Positions 48,538 to 58,429 of a DNA stretch of 64,000 nucleotides are shown here, one piece after another (the stretch's first letter is position 1; each line of letters begins with the position of its first letter). Made by a program: the position numbers and the translations under genes. The notes beneath the pieces are model-generated. The model was not told where the DNA came from and ran no database searches. It saw only the letters and a list, made by a program, of their open reading frames with translations. Source of the stretch: Bdellovibrionales bacterium (GTDB taxonomy: Bacteria > Bdellovibrionota > Bdellovibrionia > Bdellovibrionales > JAGQZY01); assembly GCA_964229765.1 (NCBI GenBank), contig CAXREJ010000022.1, positions 19,128-83,127 of the forward strand, written 5' to 3'.

Positions 48538-49896
48538 ATGAGTGAAACAAATTCTAAAAATCTTCATTTAATAAGTCTTGGTTGCCCTAAAAATAGAGTG
48601 GATGCCGAGATGATGCTCGGCCATATGATTAAAGATGGTTATAAAATAACAGACAACAGCGAAGAAGCGGAAACGATTGTTATTAATACCTGTAGTTTTA
48701 TTGATGAAGCCCAACAAGAATCTGTGCAAAAAATCTTAGAGGCAGCGGACCTTAAGGAGACAGGGAAATTAAAAAAGCTTGTCGTAACAGGTTGTTTGGT
48801 TCAGCGCTATAAAGATGAACTTATCGATGAACTTCCTGAAGTGGATGTTTTTATTGGTTCAGGTGAGTTTCAACACATAAATAAAATATTGGACAATCCA
48901 ACGGATAAAAAAGGTTATTACCATCTTCCAACCTACTTGCAGGAAGACGACACCCCTCGTGTGAACTCCGAGCCCTTTTATCGTGCTTATTTAAAAATCT
49001 CTGAAGGCTGTTTAAAGCGATGTGCTTTTTGTGCGATTCCCAAAATCAGAGGAAATTTACAATCCAGAACCATACCTTCTATTGTTAATGAGGCTAAGTT
49101 GCTGGTGGCTGGTGGAGTGAGGGAAATTAATGTAATTTCTCACGACTTTACAGACTATGGCTGGGATTTGAGACGTAAGGATAAAAAAGCAAAAGAATCT
49201 CCTAATGAGTTATTGCGAGCCCTTTCTGAAGTCGATGGATTAGAGTGGATTCGTGTTCTTTATATGTATCCCGACGGAGTTGATGACGAGTTATTAGATC
49301 TAATGGCATCTAAAAAGAATTTAGTTCCCTATTTTGATATGCCTTTGCAACATATTAATGATGGAATGCTAACGGCGATGAATCGGAAGATGACCGGTAA
49401 GGAAATAAAAGTGGCTTTAGAAAAAATTAGAGCTAAAATTCCTGATGCCGTTATTAGAACTCAATTTATAGTTGGTTTTCCTGGTGAGACAGAAGAGGTT
49501 TTCCAAGAACTATTGGATTTTATTGAAGAGCAAGAATTTGATAGAGTCGGGTGCTTCACATATTCTCCGCAAAAGGGCACGAGTGGTTTTAGACTCGAGC
49601 AAACTGTGAGTGAGGACGAAAAGCAAGAGAGACACGATCGCTTAATGGAGCTGCAAATGGAGATTAGCCGAGAGAAACATCGTTCTTTCGTGGGGCAAAC
49701 TTTAGAGGTTGTTATTGATGGTGTTAGTGATGAGACAGATCTTCTTTTACAAGGACGAACGGCAACTCAAGCTCCCGAAATAGATGGAGTTGTTCTAATA
49801 AACGACGGTGAAGCGCAACCGGGACAAAAGGTTTTTGTAACAATCACAGATAGTCATGATTACGATTTAATCGGTCACATAGTGGAGCCGTCTTAA
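48538..49896 (+). CDS. rimO: ribosomal protein S12 methylthiotransferase
   Basis: SLGCPKN.VD, INTCSFI, LKISEGC.KRCAFCAIP, QAPEIDG TRAM domain. Confidence 0.95.
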   Translation: MSETNSKNLHLISLGCPKNRVDAEMMLGHMIKDGYKITDNSEEAETIVINTCSFIDEAQQESVQKILEAADLKETGKLKKLVVTGCLVQRYKDELIDELPEVDVFIGSGEFQHINKILDNPTDKKGYYHLPTYLQEDDTPRVNSEPFYRAYLKISEGCLKRCAFCAIPKIRGNLQSRTIPSIVNEAKLLVAGGVREINVISHDFTDYGWDLRRKDKKAKESPNELLRALSEVDGLEWIRVLYMYPDGVDDELLDLMASKKNLVPYFDMPLQHINDGMLTAMNRKMTGKEIKVALEKIRAKIPDAVIRTQFIVGFPGETEEVFQELLDFIEEQEFDRVGCFTYSPQKGTSGFRLEQTVSEDEKQERHDRLMELQMEISREKHRSFVGQTLEVVIDGVSDETDLLLQGRTATQAPEIDGVVLINDGEAQPGQKVFVTITDSHDYDLIGHIVEPS

Positions 49897-49955
49897 AATT
49901 TTCTTCAATTGACCCGAAGAGGACTTGAAATCAAAACCCCTTTCATAAGATGAGG

Positions 49956-50093
49956 GCCGTTAAGATCATTTTAGTTAAGCTCCCAGTTTCGTTGACTACG
50001 TCGTCGCGGTACTGTTCGTACAGCTTCCTCCTTGCGCCTCACTGCAAACTTAACTCAAGCGGTCTTAAATAGATCATTAACTTAACGGTATTG
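49956..50093 (+). mobile_element. MITE-like repeat family A copy
   Basis: gccgttaag..tagttaagctcccagtttcgttgac...ttaacttaacggtattg. Confidence 0.7.
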
Positions 50094-50180
50094 TTTTTGA
50101 GTTATTGTAAAAAGCCCCTAGACTTTTAAAATTATTCGCGCGAACAAAAATTAACTATAAAAATTTTTAATGTCAGATTG

Positions 50181-50209
50181 TTGACAACCATTGTTAATCC
50201 CGCCATCAT
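50181..50209 (+). promoter_or_regulatory. putative sigma70 promoter
   Basis: TTGACA-N17-CATCAT. Confidence 0.4.
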
Positions 50210-50231
50210 TAAATTCAGAGGAGATCCAACG

Positions 50232-50303
50232 GTGATTAATAGCATGTTATTCTTATTTGTTTCGTCAGCCTTGTTATTTTTCTTAGTGAATGTAATTGTT
50301 TAA
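50232..50303 (+). CDS. putative 23-aa hydrophobic small protein, absent from ORF track
   Basis: AGAGGAGA RBS then GTG; MINSMLFLFVSSALLFFLVNVIV. Confidence 0.4.
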   Translation: MINSMLFLFVSSALLFFLVNVIV

Positions 50304-50432
50304 CGCAACAAGTCTTAATTCTTTATCCTTTTGTTCTTTTTTTAAAGAAACCTTGTCACGTCCACCTTTTATTCATTAGACTTCGCCCCAAACTATAGGT
50401 TTTACAACCTGACACAGTCTTTGGGGGGATCA

Positions 50433-51293
50433 ATGTCAAAAATTTTAATTTTTATATCGGCATGCTTAGTATTTAGCTTTGCACATGGGAACGACAAAGC
50501 AACTCAAGCCTATCAGGCCTATTCCGAGAGAGATTATAATGAGACTGGAACAAAGAAAGTGGAAGAAGCTATCAGTCTTTTTGAAGAAGCTATTGCCAAT
50601 GAGTCTGATGTCTTAGTTCAGCAAGAGCTGAAAGTTTCACTGGTATCTGCTTATTATTTTCTAGGATCTGCACATAATGTAAAATCCACTCAATTAGCGG
50701 CTTATGAAGATGCAATCACTTTATCTGATGAGCTCATTGAAGAGATGGGTGTGGATAGCCAAAAAGTACATGAACTCAGTGCTAATGATATTACCAGTAT
50801 TAAAAATAAACTAAACGATACGGATGAGGGCACACTCGCTGAAGCGATGTACATGAAAGGTATTAGTTTAAGCCAGTGGGGAAAATTGAAAGGAATCACT
50901 GAGTCTATCGGACGTTTGCCGGAGGTTCGTGGTTTGATGGATCGTATTGAGTCCCTAGGCTTTGTACACATTCATGAATATGGTCCCTATAGAACATTAG
51001 GCAGAATTAATTTTGTTCTACCTAAACTTTTTGGTGGAGATCTTAAAAAGTCAGAAGAGTACTTAAAAGATGCCTATCGTATGACTCTTCCAGAGGGGCA
51101 ACAGTATAGCATGAATGGTTATAATAACGTCTATCTTGCTGAGACTCTTTATAAACTTGGTAAAGAAAACCAAGCGGTTAAACTTTTAGAAACATTTGTA
51201 TCTGCTGATTTTTCTACTCTTGCTGTTGGCAATGAGCCTGAAAATAGAGAGGCAATTCGTTTGGCTGAGAGCCTACTTAAAGACTGGAACTAG
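50433..51293 (+). CDS. exported TPR-like helical protein (TatT-like)
   Basis: Signal peptide; helical repeats; GPYRTLGR...LP.LFGGD..KSE.YL..A resembles TRAP TatT-type TPR proteins. Confidence 0.55.
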   Translation: MSKILIFISACLVFSFAHGNDKATQAYQAYSERDYNETGTKKVEEAISLFEEAIANESDVLVQQELKVSLVSAYYFLGSAHNVKSTQLAAYEDAITLSDELIEEMGVDSQKVHELSANDITSIKNKLNDTDEGTLAEAMYMKGISLSQWGKLKGITESIGRLPEVRGLMDRIESLGFVHIHEYGPYRTLGRINFVLPKLFGGDLKKSEEYLKDAYRMTLPEGQQYSMNGYNNVYLAETLYKLGKENQAVKLLETFVSADFSTLAVGNEPENREAIRLAESLLKDWN

Positions 51294-51295
51294 TC

Positions 51296-52546
51296 GTGTC
51301 CTTAAAATTTTGGGTTGTTCTGCTGGCCTGGCTTTACTGTTCTTCAGTGAGTTGGGCGGGAGGACTAGCCACCCCATTTTCAATGGGCTCAACAGTTGTA
51401 TTACCTAAAGGCGTTCGTAGCTTACAGGTTAATGGACTTTCTACAACAGTGGATGGTTGGTATAACGACACTCGTGTTGATACGGGTGTTGCAGAGCCAT
51501 TTAATCAGCAGCTTTCCTATGGAAGACTACTAAAAGCAGAAAGTGATGAAAACCTGAAGCTCAATGTTGAAGCTCAGTTGAGAAATAAAGGTGTTTCACT
51601 AGATACAATTGCTGGTAATAGTTATGCCGATATTAATACAAGAGTCTTTATTACCTTGCCGGCCTTGGCCTATGGAGTAACGGATCGGTTTACTCTAGGT
51701 GTAACTGTGCCCATAGTATATTCCAATATAGATGTGGAAACTGGTTTTGTAGGTTCTAATCAACTTCAGCAGTTGGTTACAGACTTTTCACAGAAAAGTA
51801 GAAAACAGACTAATGCAATACAAAGTAAATTAAGAGATGTGATTGCAACAGAGTTAGCGAATAAAGGATATAAACCTCTGGAAGCTCAAGAGCAAACCCA
51901 GATTGGTGATATGGTCATTGTGGGTAAGTATTTAGGTTACAAGGGAGTTGATTATTCTTGGGCACTTACTACAACGGTCACAGTTCCTACGGCTCATGTT
52001 CGAGATGTTAATAGGGTTGTAGACCCTAGTCCTGGAGATGGACAATGGGATTTAGGTTTAGCTAGTACTTTCAATATTCCCCTTAACTCTCAATTCAATG
52101 TTGTCAGTCAAACAGGTTATATTGTCCAGTTCTCTGACATTCGAGAAACAAGAATGCCTATTTCCGAAGAAGAGCGGCTATCCAGTGATATCGATTATGG
52201 AGCCAATAGAGATCTTGGTGATCAGATGTTTACTTCATTGGGTTTAATGATGAACGGACCTTCTCAGGTCTTTTCTTTTGGGGGTTCCTACACGTTTGCA
52301 TATAAGGAAAGAGACCGTTGGACAGGGGTCAACTATAGTGGTGATCGGTATCGAGCTCTTGGTGTTGAAACTGAACAGGTCATGCATGCTGCTTATCTGC
52401 AAACCAGCCTATCGACGATCAATTTATATAGAAAGAAAAAATTCCCACTTCCTTTACTAGCCACGCTGGGTGTTGGAAAAGCCTTTGCCGGTCGTAATGT
52501 TAGGAACGATCCTCTGTGGTCTCTTAATATGTCGGCGTTCTTCTAG
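51296..52546 (+). CDS. probable outer-membrane beta-barrel protein
   Basis: Signal peptide; LAYGVTDRFTLGV.VP, IGD, P.GDGQWD, alternating strands, terminal Phe. Confidence 0.65.
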   Translation: MSLKFWVVLLAWLYCSSVSWAGGLATPFSMGSTVVLPKGVRSLQVNGLSTTVDGWYNDTRVDTGVAEPFNQQLSYGRLLKAESDENLKLNVEAQLRNKGVSLDTIAGNSYADINTRVFITLPALAYGVTDRFTLGVTVPIVYSNIDVETGFVGSNQLQQLVTDFSQKSRKQTNAIQSKLRDVIATELANKGYKPLEAQEQTQIGDMVIVGKYLGYKGVDYSWALTTTVTVPTAHVRDVNRVVDPSPGDGQWDLGLASTFNIPLNSQFNVVSQTGYIVQFSDIRETRMPISEEERLSSDIDYGANRDLGDQMFTSLGLMMNGPSQVFSFGGSYTFAYKERDRWTGVNYSGDRYRALGVETEQVMHAAYLQTSLSTINLYRKKKFPLPLLATLGVGKAFAGRNVRNDPLWSLNMSAFF

Positions 52547-52554
52547 GAGTTATA

Positions 52555-53586
52555 ATGATGAATTGGAACCTTAAAATCTTATTTCTTCTTTTTTTACTCC
52601 CGTGGGGAGTTATAAATTGTTCTCTCGATGTGAAGAAAGCGGTGGCGCCAACAAACCCACCTCAGGTGGAAAAAAATATTTTTTCCGCTTCACAAGTTAG
52701 GGGCCATTATCAAACGGATGGTTCTCCTAAAATGTTTAAATGGCCTGTTGATAAGTGGAATGAGGATAAAACTCAGCTCTTACCAATGACTTTTGCGGAA
52801 AAAGTACAAGCTCGGCAGACCATCACGGCCTATAGTGAAGAAGTTGAGTTGTACACCCAAGAATTCACCGCCTTGGAAAAAGAAATTAATTTAAAATATG
52901 AAAATAAATTAAAAGAGTTAGAGAATCGCTTTTTAACAAATCAGTGCTATTCATTTTGTGATCCTGATAGTTTATTTTGCGACCCTGAAGATAGCAGTGT
53001 GTTGATTGTCGATGATTGGAAGTTACCAGAGAATGAAGAGGAAACTTTGGCCATAGCTAGTTGCCAGGAAAATCAGTCCCAGCGTGAGAATATTAGTGAA
53101 GATTTTGAATATGAAATCAATGAAAAGGTGGAGCCACTGCGAATCAAAGCGGGGCAAGCAGCCTTAGCATTACTTCAAACCGTTGGTGATCGAAACTATT
53201 TTACTGAGCTTACATCCTTTGAGTTCTTTTTCGGTCCCTATGAGTGTTCCAGTAATAAGGGTTGTTTACTAAGCAACGAGGTTGAGAGTGACAAAATATA
53301 TATTAGGTTACAGTTTGGAGATTTAGTGCTGACTAACTTTGATGGTGATAGCGGGGATTTAAGGGTTTACGATGTTGGTTTTGACCCTGCTCAAGGCTTT
53401 TTAGTTTTTAAGACTCCTGCCATTGATTTTGAAAATTCACAGAGCATTTACGGTGAAATTACATATGATTTGGAGCTTCTTCCTGGCCTCGGAGTACTTA
53501 GAGCTGACGGCGATATCAGAGTCAAAGAAAATGAAGTGGATAAAGAATTCATCGGTCGTTTTTCTTCTGCTGGAATATTGGATTAA
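52555..53586 (+). CDS. hypothetical acidic lipoprotein
   Basis: Signal peptide with VINC; AGGAG RBS; coiled-coil, Cys cluster, then beta region. Confidence 0.6.
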   Translation: MMNWNLKILFLLFLLPWGVINCSLDVKKAVAPTNPPQVEKNIFSASQVRGHYQTDGSPKMFKWPVDKWNEDKTQLLPMTFAEKVQARQTITAYSEEVELYTQEFTALEKEINLKYENKLKELENRFLTNQCYSFCDPDSLFCDPEDSSVLIVDDWKLPENEEETLAIASCQENQSQRENISEDFEYEINEKVEPLRIKAGQAALALLQTVGDRNYFTELTSFEFFFGPYECSSNKGCLLSNEVESDKIYIRLQFGDLVLTNFDGDSGDLRVYDVGFDPAQGFLVFKTPAIDFENSQSIYGEITYDLELLPGLGVLRADGDIRVKENEVDKEFIGRFSSAGILD

Positions 53587-53605
53587 AGCTCCAGCAGAGA
53601 AGGTA

Positions 53606-54127
53606 TTACATTGAAAAAGTGTAAATTTCTGAGTAGTTTCGCCCTCTCTCTTCAGAATCCATTCCATAGCCAACCACATAACGGTCATCAATTGTAATGC
53701 CCACATAATCTGGCTTGAGAGGGATTTCTCTTCTGGCGGGTTTATCTAAAAGAGTGACCACTCGGAGTGAAGCGGGTCTGTTTGCAGCCAATCGCTTCAA
53801 GAGAAAGCTAAGTGTTTTTCCGGCGTCAATAATCTCTTCGACAACAAGTACGTGTTTACCAGTAATGTTTGTTTCAATGTCTTTTTTAATTTCAATAGCT
53901 TCTCCACTCTTCATAGACTTCAAGTAAACATAGTCTAAAACAGTGCCTGGAAGGTTCATTTTACGAGAAAGGTCTGCCATGAAAATAAAGGAACCTTTAA
54001 GGGGGCCGACGAGTACAACTTCTTTGCCGTGATAATCAATTTCTAGTTCTTTTGCAATTCGTTCAACAGCTTCATCCACTTCTTGTTTTGTTATGTATTG
54101 ATTCATGTTGTCTTTAAGTAATGACAT
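53606..54127 (-). CDS. hpt: hypoxanthine phosphoribosyltransferase-like protein
   Basis: LKGSFIFMADL, VLVVEEIIDAGKTL, LLDK, VVGYGMD. Confidence 0.8.
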   Translation of the reverse strand: MSLLKDNMNQYITKQEVDEAVERIAKELEIDYHGKEVVLVGPLKGSFIFMADLSRKMNLPGTVLDYVYLKSMKSGEAIEIKKDIETNITGKHVLVVEEIIDAGKTLSFLLKRLAANRPASLRVVTLLDKPARREIPLKPDYVGITIDDRYVVGYGMDSEERGRNYSEIYTFSM

Positions 54128-54141
54128 AGGCCTTCCTTTAC

Positions 54142-54858
54142 TTAGATGTAGACTTCTCTTTGACTGTGGTTGAGGTGACTTCTTGCCTCCTCATTTTGAG
54201 GCTCCTGAGAAAGAACTTTTTCCCAATATTCTTCCGCCTTACCATGGTTATTCAACTGATAATGTATTTGCGCGATTTTTAAAAGTAAATCAACATGGTA
54301 TGGATTTTTAGTTTCTACGGCCTCAGCTTCACGTAGGGCTCGACTTAAGAGTTTCATACTAATAAGTGAATCAACCGCTTTAAGTTTATACTTAATATGG
54401 TGTTTTGAGAAATCGGCTGCTCGATTGTAGTTTTCCAAAGCCTCTTCAAATCTTTTATATAGGAAATAGAGGTCAGCAAGTTCTTCATGTTTTTGTGCTA
54501 ATTTCTCGTTTACATAAGGTTCTGAGCCGGCTTTGTCTTTTTGTTTCATTAATGCATAGGCTTCTTCAAAGACTCTTTTACCTTCACTGTATTTGCCGAG
54601 GTCATTGAGAATAATAGAAAGTCCAATGGAGGAGTCGGTAAAGTTGGGATCGATTTCTAAAGATTTTTTAAAAGAGTTCAGAGCTTTCTTCAGTTGTCCC
54701 TTTTCAAAATAAAGAGTTCCAGCCATGTAATGAACTTCAGGGTTTCTATCATCAACAATGAGTAATTGTTGAATCATAGGTTCAACTATTTTGTAATGAC
54801 CCTCATTGAAATATTCCTTAGCGGCATGGAAAAGTTCATCTGGATCTTGTCTGGCCAT
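54142..54858 (-). CDS. tetratricopeptide repeat protein
   Basis: Multiple TPR units (G.LY...G....A...F.KSL.IDP). Confidence 0.85.
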   Translation of the reverse strand: MARQDPDELFHAAKEYFNEGHYKIVEPMIQQLLIVDDRNPEVHYMAGTLYFEKGQLKKALNSFKKSLEIDPNFTDSSIGLSIILNDLGKYSEGKRVFEEAYALMKQKDKAGSEPYVNEKLAQKHEELADLYFLYKRFEEALENYNRAADFSKHHIKYKLKAVDSLISMKLLSRALREAEAVETKNPYHVDLLLKIAQIHYQLNNHGKAEEYWEKVLSQEPQNEEARSHLNHSQREVYI

Positions 54859-55583
54859 TAAAAAATCCCTTTTGCTTGTTTTGCTTCCTGGCTATTAGGA
54901 TAATCTTTAATTAGCATGCGAAACAAATCATTTCTTTTAGTTAGGTCTCCTTCTTTCTCAGCAGAAAGAGCAGCGCGATAGAAAGCATGCGGACGTTTTT
55001 TATGAGTGGGAAATTCTTTTAGATATTTTTGGTAGCGAACGAGTGCGTGAAGGAATTCTTTGGTTCTATAGTAAAAATCCGCGATATAAAGTTCTTTTTC
55101 TGCCAACTTACTGATGGTGTTGGCTTTTAACTCTTTCGCTTTTTCAGCATACTCTGACTCAGGATAGTCTCTTATAAGGACATTAAACTCTTTAATTGCT
55201 ACGGGTGCCACAGAAAGATCGCGGTCAATTGTGGAGGGTAATTGCATATAAATACTTTCCCCAATTCGATAGGTGACGTAATCAATTTTTGGATTTTTAG
55301 GGTGTAATTCCTTAAACAGTTGATAGGCCCCTTGAGCCTCTATAAAAGCTTCTTTTTTAAAATGAATTTCAGCAATTTGAAGTTCAGCAAGAATGGCATA
55401 TTTACTGTAAGGGTAGCGGTTTTTAACGTCTCGATACTGCATGAGAGCTTCTTCAAATCTCTCATCTTGTTCAAGCTGATAAGCCATGCCGTAGGAGCCT
55501 TTGGCTGTAGTGGTATCGAATTTATCATAAGACACACAGGCAGACAGGAAAAACATTAATAATAATAAGTACTTAGTTGTCAT
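54858..55583 (-). CDS. bamD: outer membrane protein assembly factor BamD
   Basis: Lipobox LSAC; RYPYS.YA..A.L, F..LHP, DRD, YP.SEY, E..IA.FY. Confidence 0.9.
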   Translation of the reverse strand: MTTKYLLLLMFFLSACVSYDKFDTTTAKGSYGMAYQLEQDERFEEALMQYRDVKNRYPYSKYAILAELQIAEIHFKKEAFIEAQGAYQLFKELHPKNPKIDYVTYRIGESIYMQLPSTIDRDLSVAPVAIKEFNVLIRDYPESEYAEKAKELKANTISKLAEKELYIADFYYRTKEFLHALVRYQKYLKEFPTHKKRPHAFYRAALSAEKEGDLTKRNDLFRMLIKDYPNSQEAKQAKGIF

Positions 55584-55663
55584 ATCGCATCACAGTTTAT
55601 GGTGTCCCTTTGGGGATGTCAATGAGCTTGATAGTGAGGGAAAATTCGACCTTTTACAGAGGT

Positions 55664-55790
55664 AAAACCGCTTGGTCCCTGTCTCGTTGAAGGCATCGTC
55701 GCGGTACCCTTCGTATAGCTGTCTCCTTGAGCTCGCTGTGAATTTTAACTTAAGCGGTCTTAAAAAAGAGACCTTAAGTAAACGGTATTA
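55664..55790 (+). repeat. repeat family A copy (diverged)
   Basis: ccctgtctcgttga..tcgtcgcggtac..tcgtatagc..ctccttg..ctcgctg..taact.aagcggtcttaaa...cttaagtaaacggtatta. Confidence 0.6.
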
Positions 55791-55792
55791 GA

Positions 55793-56857
55793 TTAGGGAA
55801 TTCGACGTCGAGATCCTGCAGATTGATAATAAAAGGTTGAAAACAGTAATTTTAAAAGACTTGCGACAGGAATAGAAATAATCATGCCTAGAACACCCAG
55901 AAGTTGTGCCCCCAGAATTATCACTAAAATCACTGTGACAGGGTGAAGGTCCACAATTTTGGCAACAACCACAGGTATTATTACTACGGCATCAAGAATA
56001 TGAGCTGTTAAATAAACAATAGAGACAGCCAAAATATTTGCACTCATAGACTCAAAGAGAATATCGGAGTTAATAAAAATCATGATGAAGGCGGGAACGG
56101 CGCCAAAAACAGGGCCTATATAGGGAATAAGATTTGTGAGCGCAGCAAATAAGGCTAATAGAGGAGCATAGGGGAAACCAATAATCATTAGACCCACCCA
56201 GGTTACGAAACCGACAATAAGGGCTTCTGCCATGCGAGCACGAATAAAGCTTCCGACTTGGTCGTTCATTTCATAGATTAACTTGAGTGAGGTTTCAAAA
56301 AAACGGTTTGGGATTAGCTCCAGCATTTGTCGCTTAATCATAGAACCGTCACGTAACATGAAAAAGGCGAGAAAAGGAGTTAAGAAAAGAGTTGTTAATG
56401 AATCTGAGACCCATTTAGGAATAAGCGTTGTGTATTCACTGGTTTGATTTATCATCCAACTTCTTAAGTTATCTCTAAATAAAGGTTCTTCAAAGTGAAA
56501 GATAGATTGTAGCTTCAACTCCACGCGAGTGACTAGATTAAGAAAACCCACTTGTAAATCGGGCAGTTCTTTATCTAGAAGGGCTAATTGGTCAACCAAC
56601 ATGGGAACGAAAATTGAGAAACTAAGAACAACTAAAACCGTGTTAACAGTGTATATGGTAATAATAGCGAAGCTACGATTAATATGTCTTCTTTCGCACC
56701 AATAAACAATAGGTGATAATAGATAATATACGACAAATGCTAAAACACAGGACATTAACAGATTTTCGATATAAAAAAGAAGGCAGAGGCCCGCTCCAGC
56801 AAAAAGAGATAGAAATAAAACTCTAAGAGTTTCACGAGGTAAAATGTTTTTCTTCAC
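55793..56857 (-). CDS. AI-2E family transporter
   Basis: P..AFF.L.DG, NLIPYIGP, LHPV.VI...G..L.G..G..I..P. Confidence 0.9.
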   Translation of the reverse strand: MKKNILPRETLRVLFLSLFAGAGLCLLFYIENLLMSCVLAFVVYYLLSPIVYWCERRHINRSFAIITIYTVNTVLVVLSFSIFVPMLVDQLALLDKELPDLQVGFLNLVTRVELKLQSIFHFEEPLFRDNLRSWMINQTSEYTTLIPKWVSDSLTTLFLTPFLAFFMLRDGSMIKRQMLELIPNRFFETSLKLIYEMNDQVGSFIRARMAEALIVGFVTWVGLMIIGFPYAPLLALFAALTNLIPYIGPVFGAVPAFIMIFINSDILFESMSANILAVSIVYLTAHILDAVVIIPVVVAKIVDLHPVTVILVIILGAQLLGVLGMIISIPVASLLKLLFSTFYYQSAGSRRRIP

Positions 56858-57416
56858 TGCTAGAGCCCTTTTCGCTTTTCTTAATAGTATTTAACTCAAT
56901 AACTAAGTCTGTGACCTTTTCAGATGTTTCACGCAACCTTTTGCCAAGAACTTCCGCTAATCTTAGACTGATCTTGTTTCCTGTGGAGGGGTTACGTTGA
57001 ATGATTTGCATAAGGTCTGGCTTAAAAAAACCAATAAGAGTGGAGCGGTTGATGGACATAGCTGTCGCTGAGCGAAAGCTTGGTTCTTCGATCAATGAGA
57101 GTTCTCCAAAAAAATCACCTTTTTCTAAACGAGTGATAAAAATGTCTTGTTGATCTGAAGTTGTGACTTCGTAGGAGGGGTCATGCATAATAATGTCAAC
57201 GCTGCCGTTAAAAATAAGATACATACCTACGCCAAGATCTCCTTGTTTAAATATTTTTTCTCCAGGCTCAAAGTGGCGTACATGAACTATGTGAGCTAAA
57301 AATTCCATTTCTGAGGACGATAAATCTTTAAATAAAAAGGAGTCCTTCAGAAAGCTAAGTACGTTATTTTCATCGCGTTTCTTTTTTAATACATTTTCCC
57401 ATAAGAACTGCATCAT
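56832..57416 (-). CDS. cyclic-nucleotide-binding domain protein
   Basis: IF.QGD.G..MY.I..G.V, GDFFGELSL....RSATA; no HTH. Confidence 0.9.
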   Translation of the reverse strand: MMQFLWENVLKKKRDENNVLSFLKDSFLFKDLSSSEMEFLAHIVHVRHFEPGEKIFKQGDLGVGMYLIFNGSVDIIMHDPSYEVTTSDQQDIFITRLEKGDFFGELSLIEEPSFRSATAMSINRSTLIGFFKPDLMQIIQRNPSTGNKISLRLAEVLGKRLRETSEKVTDLVIELNTIKKSEKGSSSEEKHFTS

Positions 57417-58163
57417 CTATTGTTCTCCAAAAATAATAATTGAACTTTTTGGTACCCAACCAGGAGCACCACTTGTTAGGCGAATTTGTGCCCAGTCATC
57501 TAAGATTTTTTCCACATTAACAACTTGTCCCTCGTATAACTCTGAGAGAGTGGGGGATGTTTCTGAAGGGCTAATACGAGTTTGTAAGTCTGGAGAAACA
57601 ATTGTGGCTTTTTCGGTGAATCTTTTCATGGAAATAATAGATACGAAAATAAGAGTTATTAAAAGGACTGGAAGGCATAGGTGTAGCCAGCTAGGCCAAT
57701 GAGTTATTGATAGATGGCGTTTGACGCCATATTCCACAGCTTCCCATCCCCAAATCAATAAGAAGACAACACTTATTCCTAACCAAATATGCAACGACAC
57801 CTCAAGAAGAGAATTGAAGAAAACAAGGTAAACTGGCGGAGTGTTCTTTTCGGGAAAGTGCTTTTCTTCAGCAAAACGAATGGCCATATCGACTTCTTCT
57901 AACTGAGGATCAATAGATCTTGCTTTGCGCCATAAACCCAGGGCGAGGCCCAAGTGACCTTTTTCATAGTGAACTCGACCTAAATTGTAGAGTAGCGTGG
58001 GGTTATCTGGGTTTTCTTTTAATAGTTCTTCAAAAGTTTGTTCTGCTTTGTCCCATTTATTTTCTTCAAATTGGGAAATGCCGTCTGAAAAAACAGGGGT
58101 TGTTTCTTTTTGGACGTTGGCAAAAAGAAGGAATGTTAAGGTAATCAGTTTTATCAAGCTCAT
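57417..58163 (-). CDS. BatE-like TPR + TM + SH3b protein
   Basis: LLYNLG...G..G.A....KA, two TM helices, LYEG..V....W..I....G..GWVP. Confidence 0.75.
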   Translation of the reverse strand: MSLIKLITLTFLLFANVQKETTPVFSDGISQFEENKWDKAEQTFEELLKENPDNPTLLYNLGRVHYEKGHLGLALGLWRKARSIDPQLEEVDMAIRFAEEKHFPEKNTPPVYLVFFNSLLEVSLHIWLGISVVFLLIWGWEAVEYGVKRHLSITHWPSWLHLCLPVLLITLIFVSIISMKRFTEKATIVSPDLQTRISPSETSPTLSELYEGQVVNVEKILDDWAQIRLTSGAPGWVPKSSIIIFGEQ

Positions 58164-58429
58164 GTGAAATAGTTTAACCTAAAATGAGAGGGGCGCCAAA
58201 TGACCATTTTTATCGTTCGACAAATTCAGTGATTTTTTTCAGTCATTCATTGGGATAAGCCGACCATTTAAATTCTTTTGATCATCAGGGAGAATTATCG
58301 AGAGCGTCAAATCTGAACACGGCCTAAACAAACAAATAAAATAAACTGGGTCTTTAAAAAATCTAATCAATATCTAAGACAAAGTCCTTCTGTCATGGTA
58401 TTTAATAAGTCTACTAAAGGGAAGGTTTT

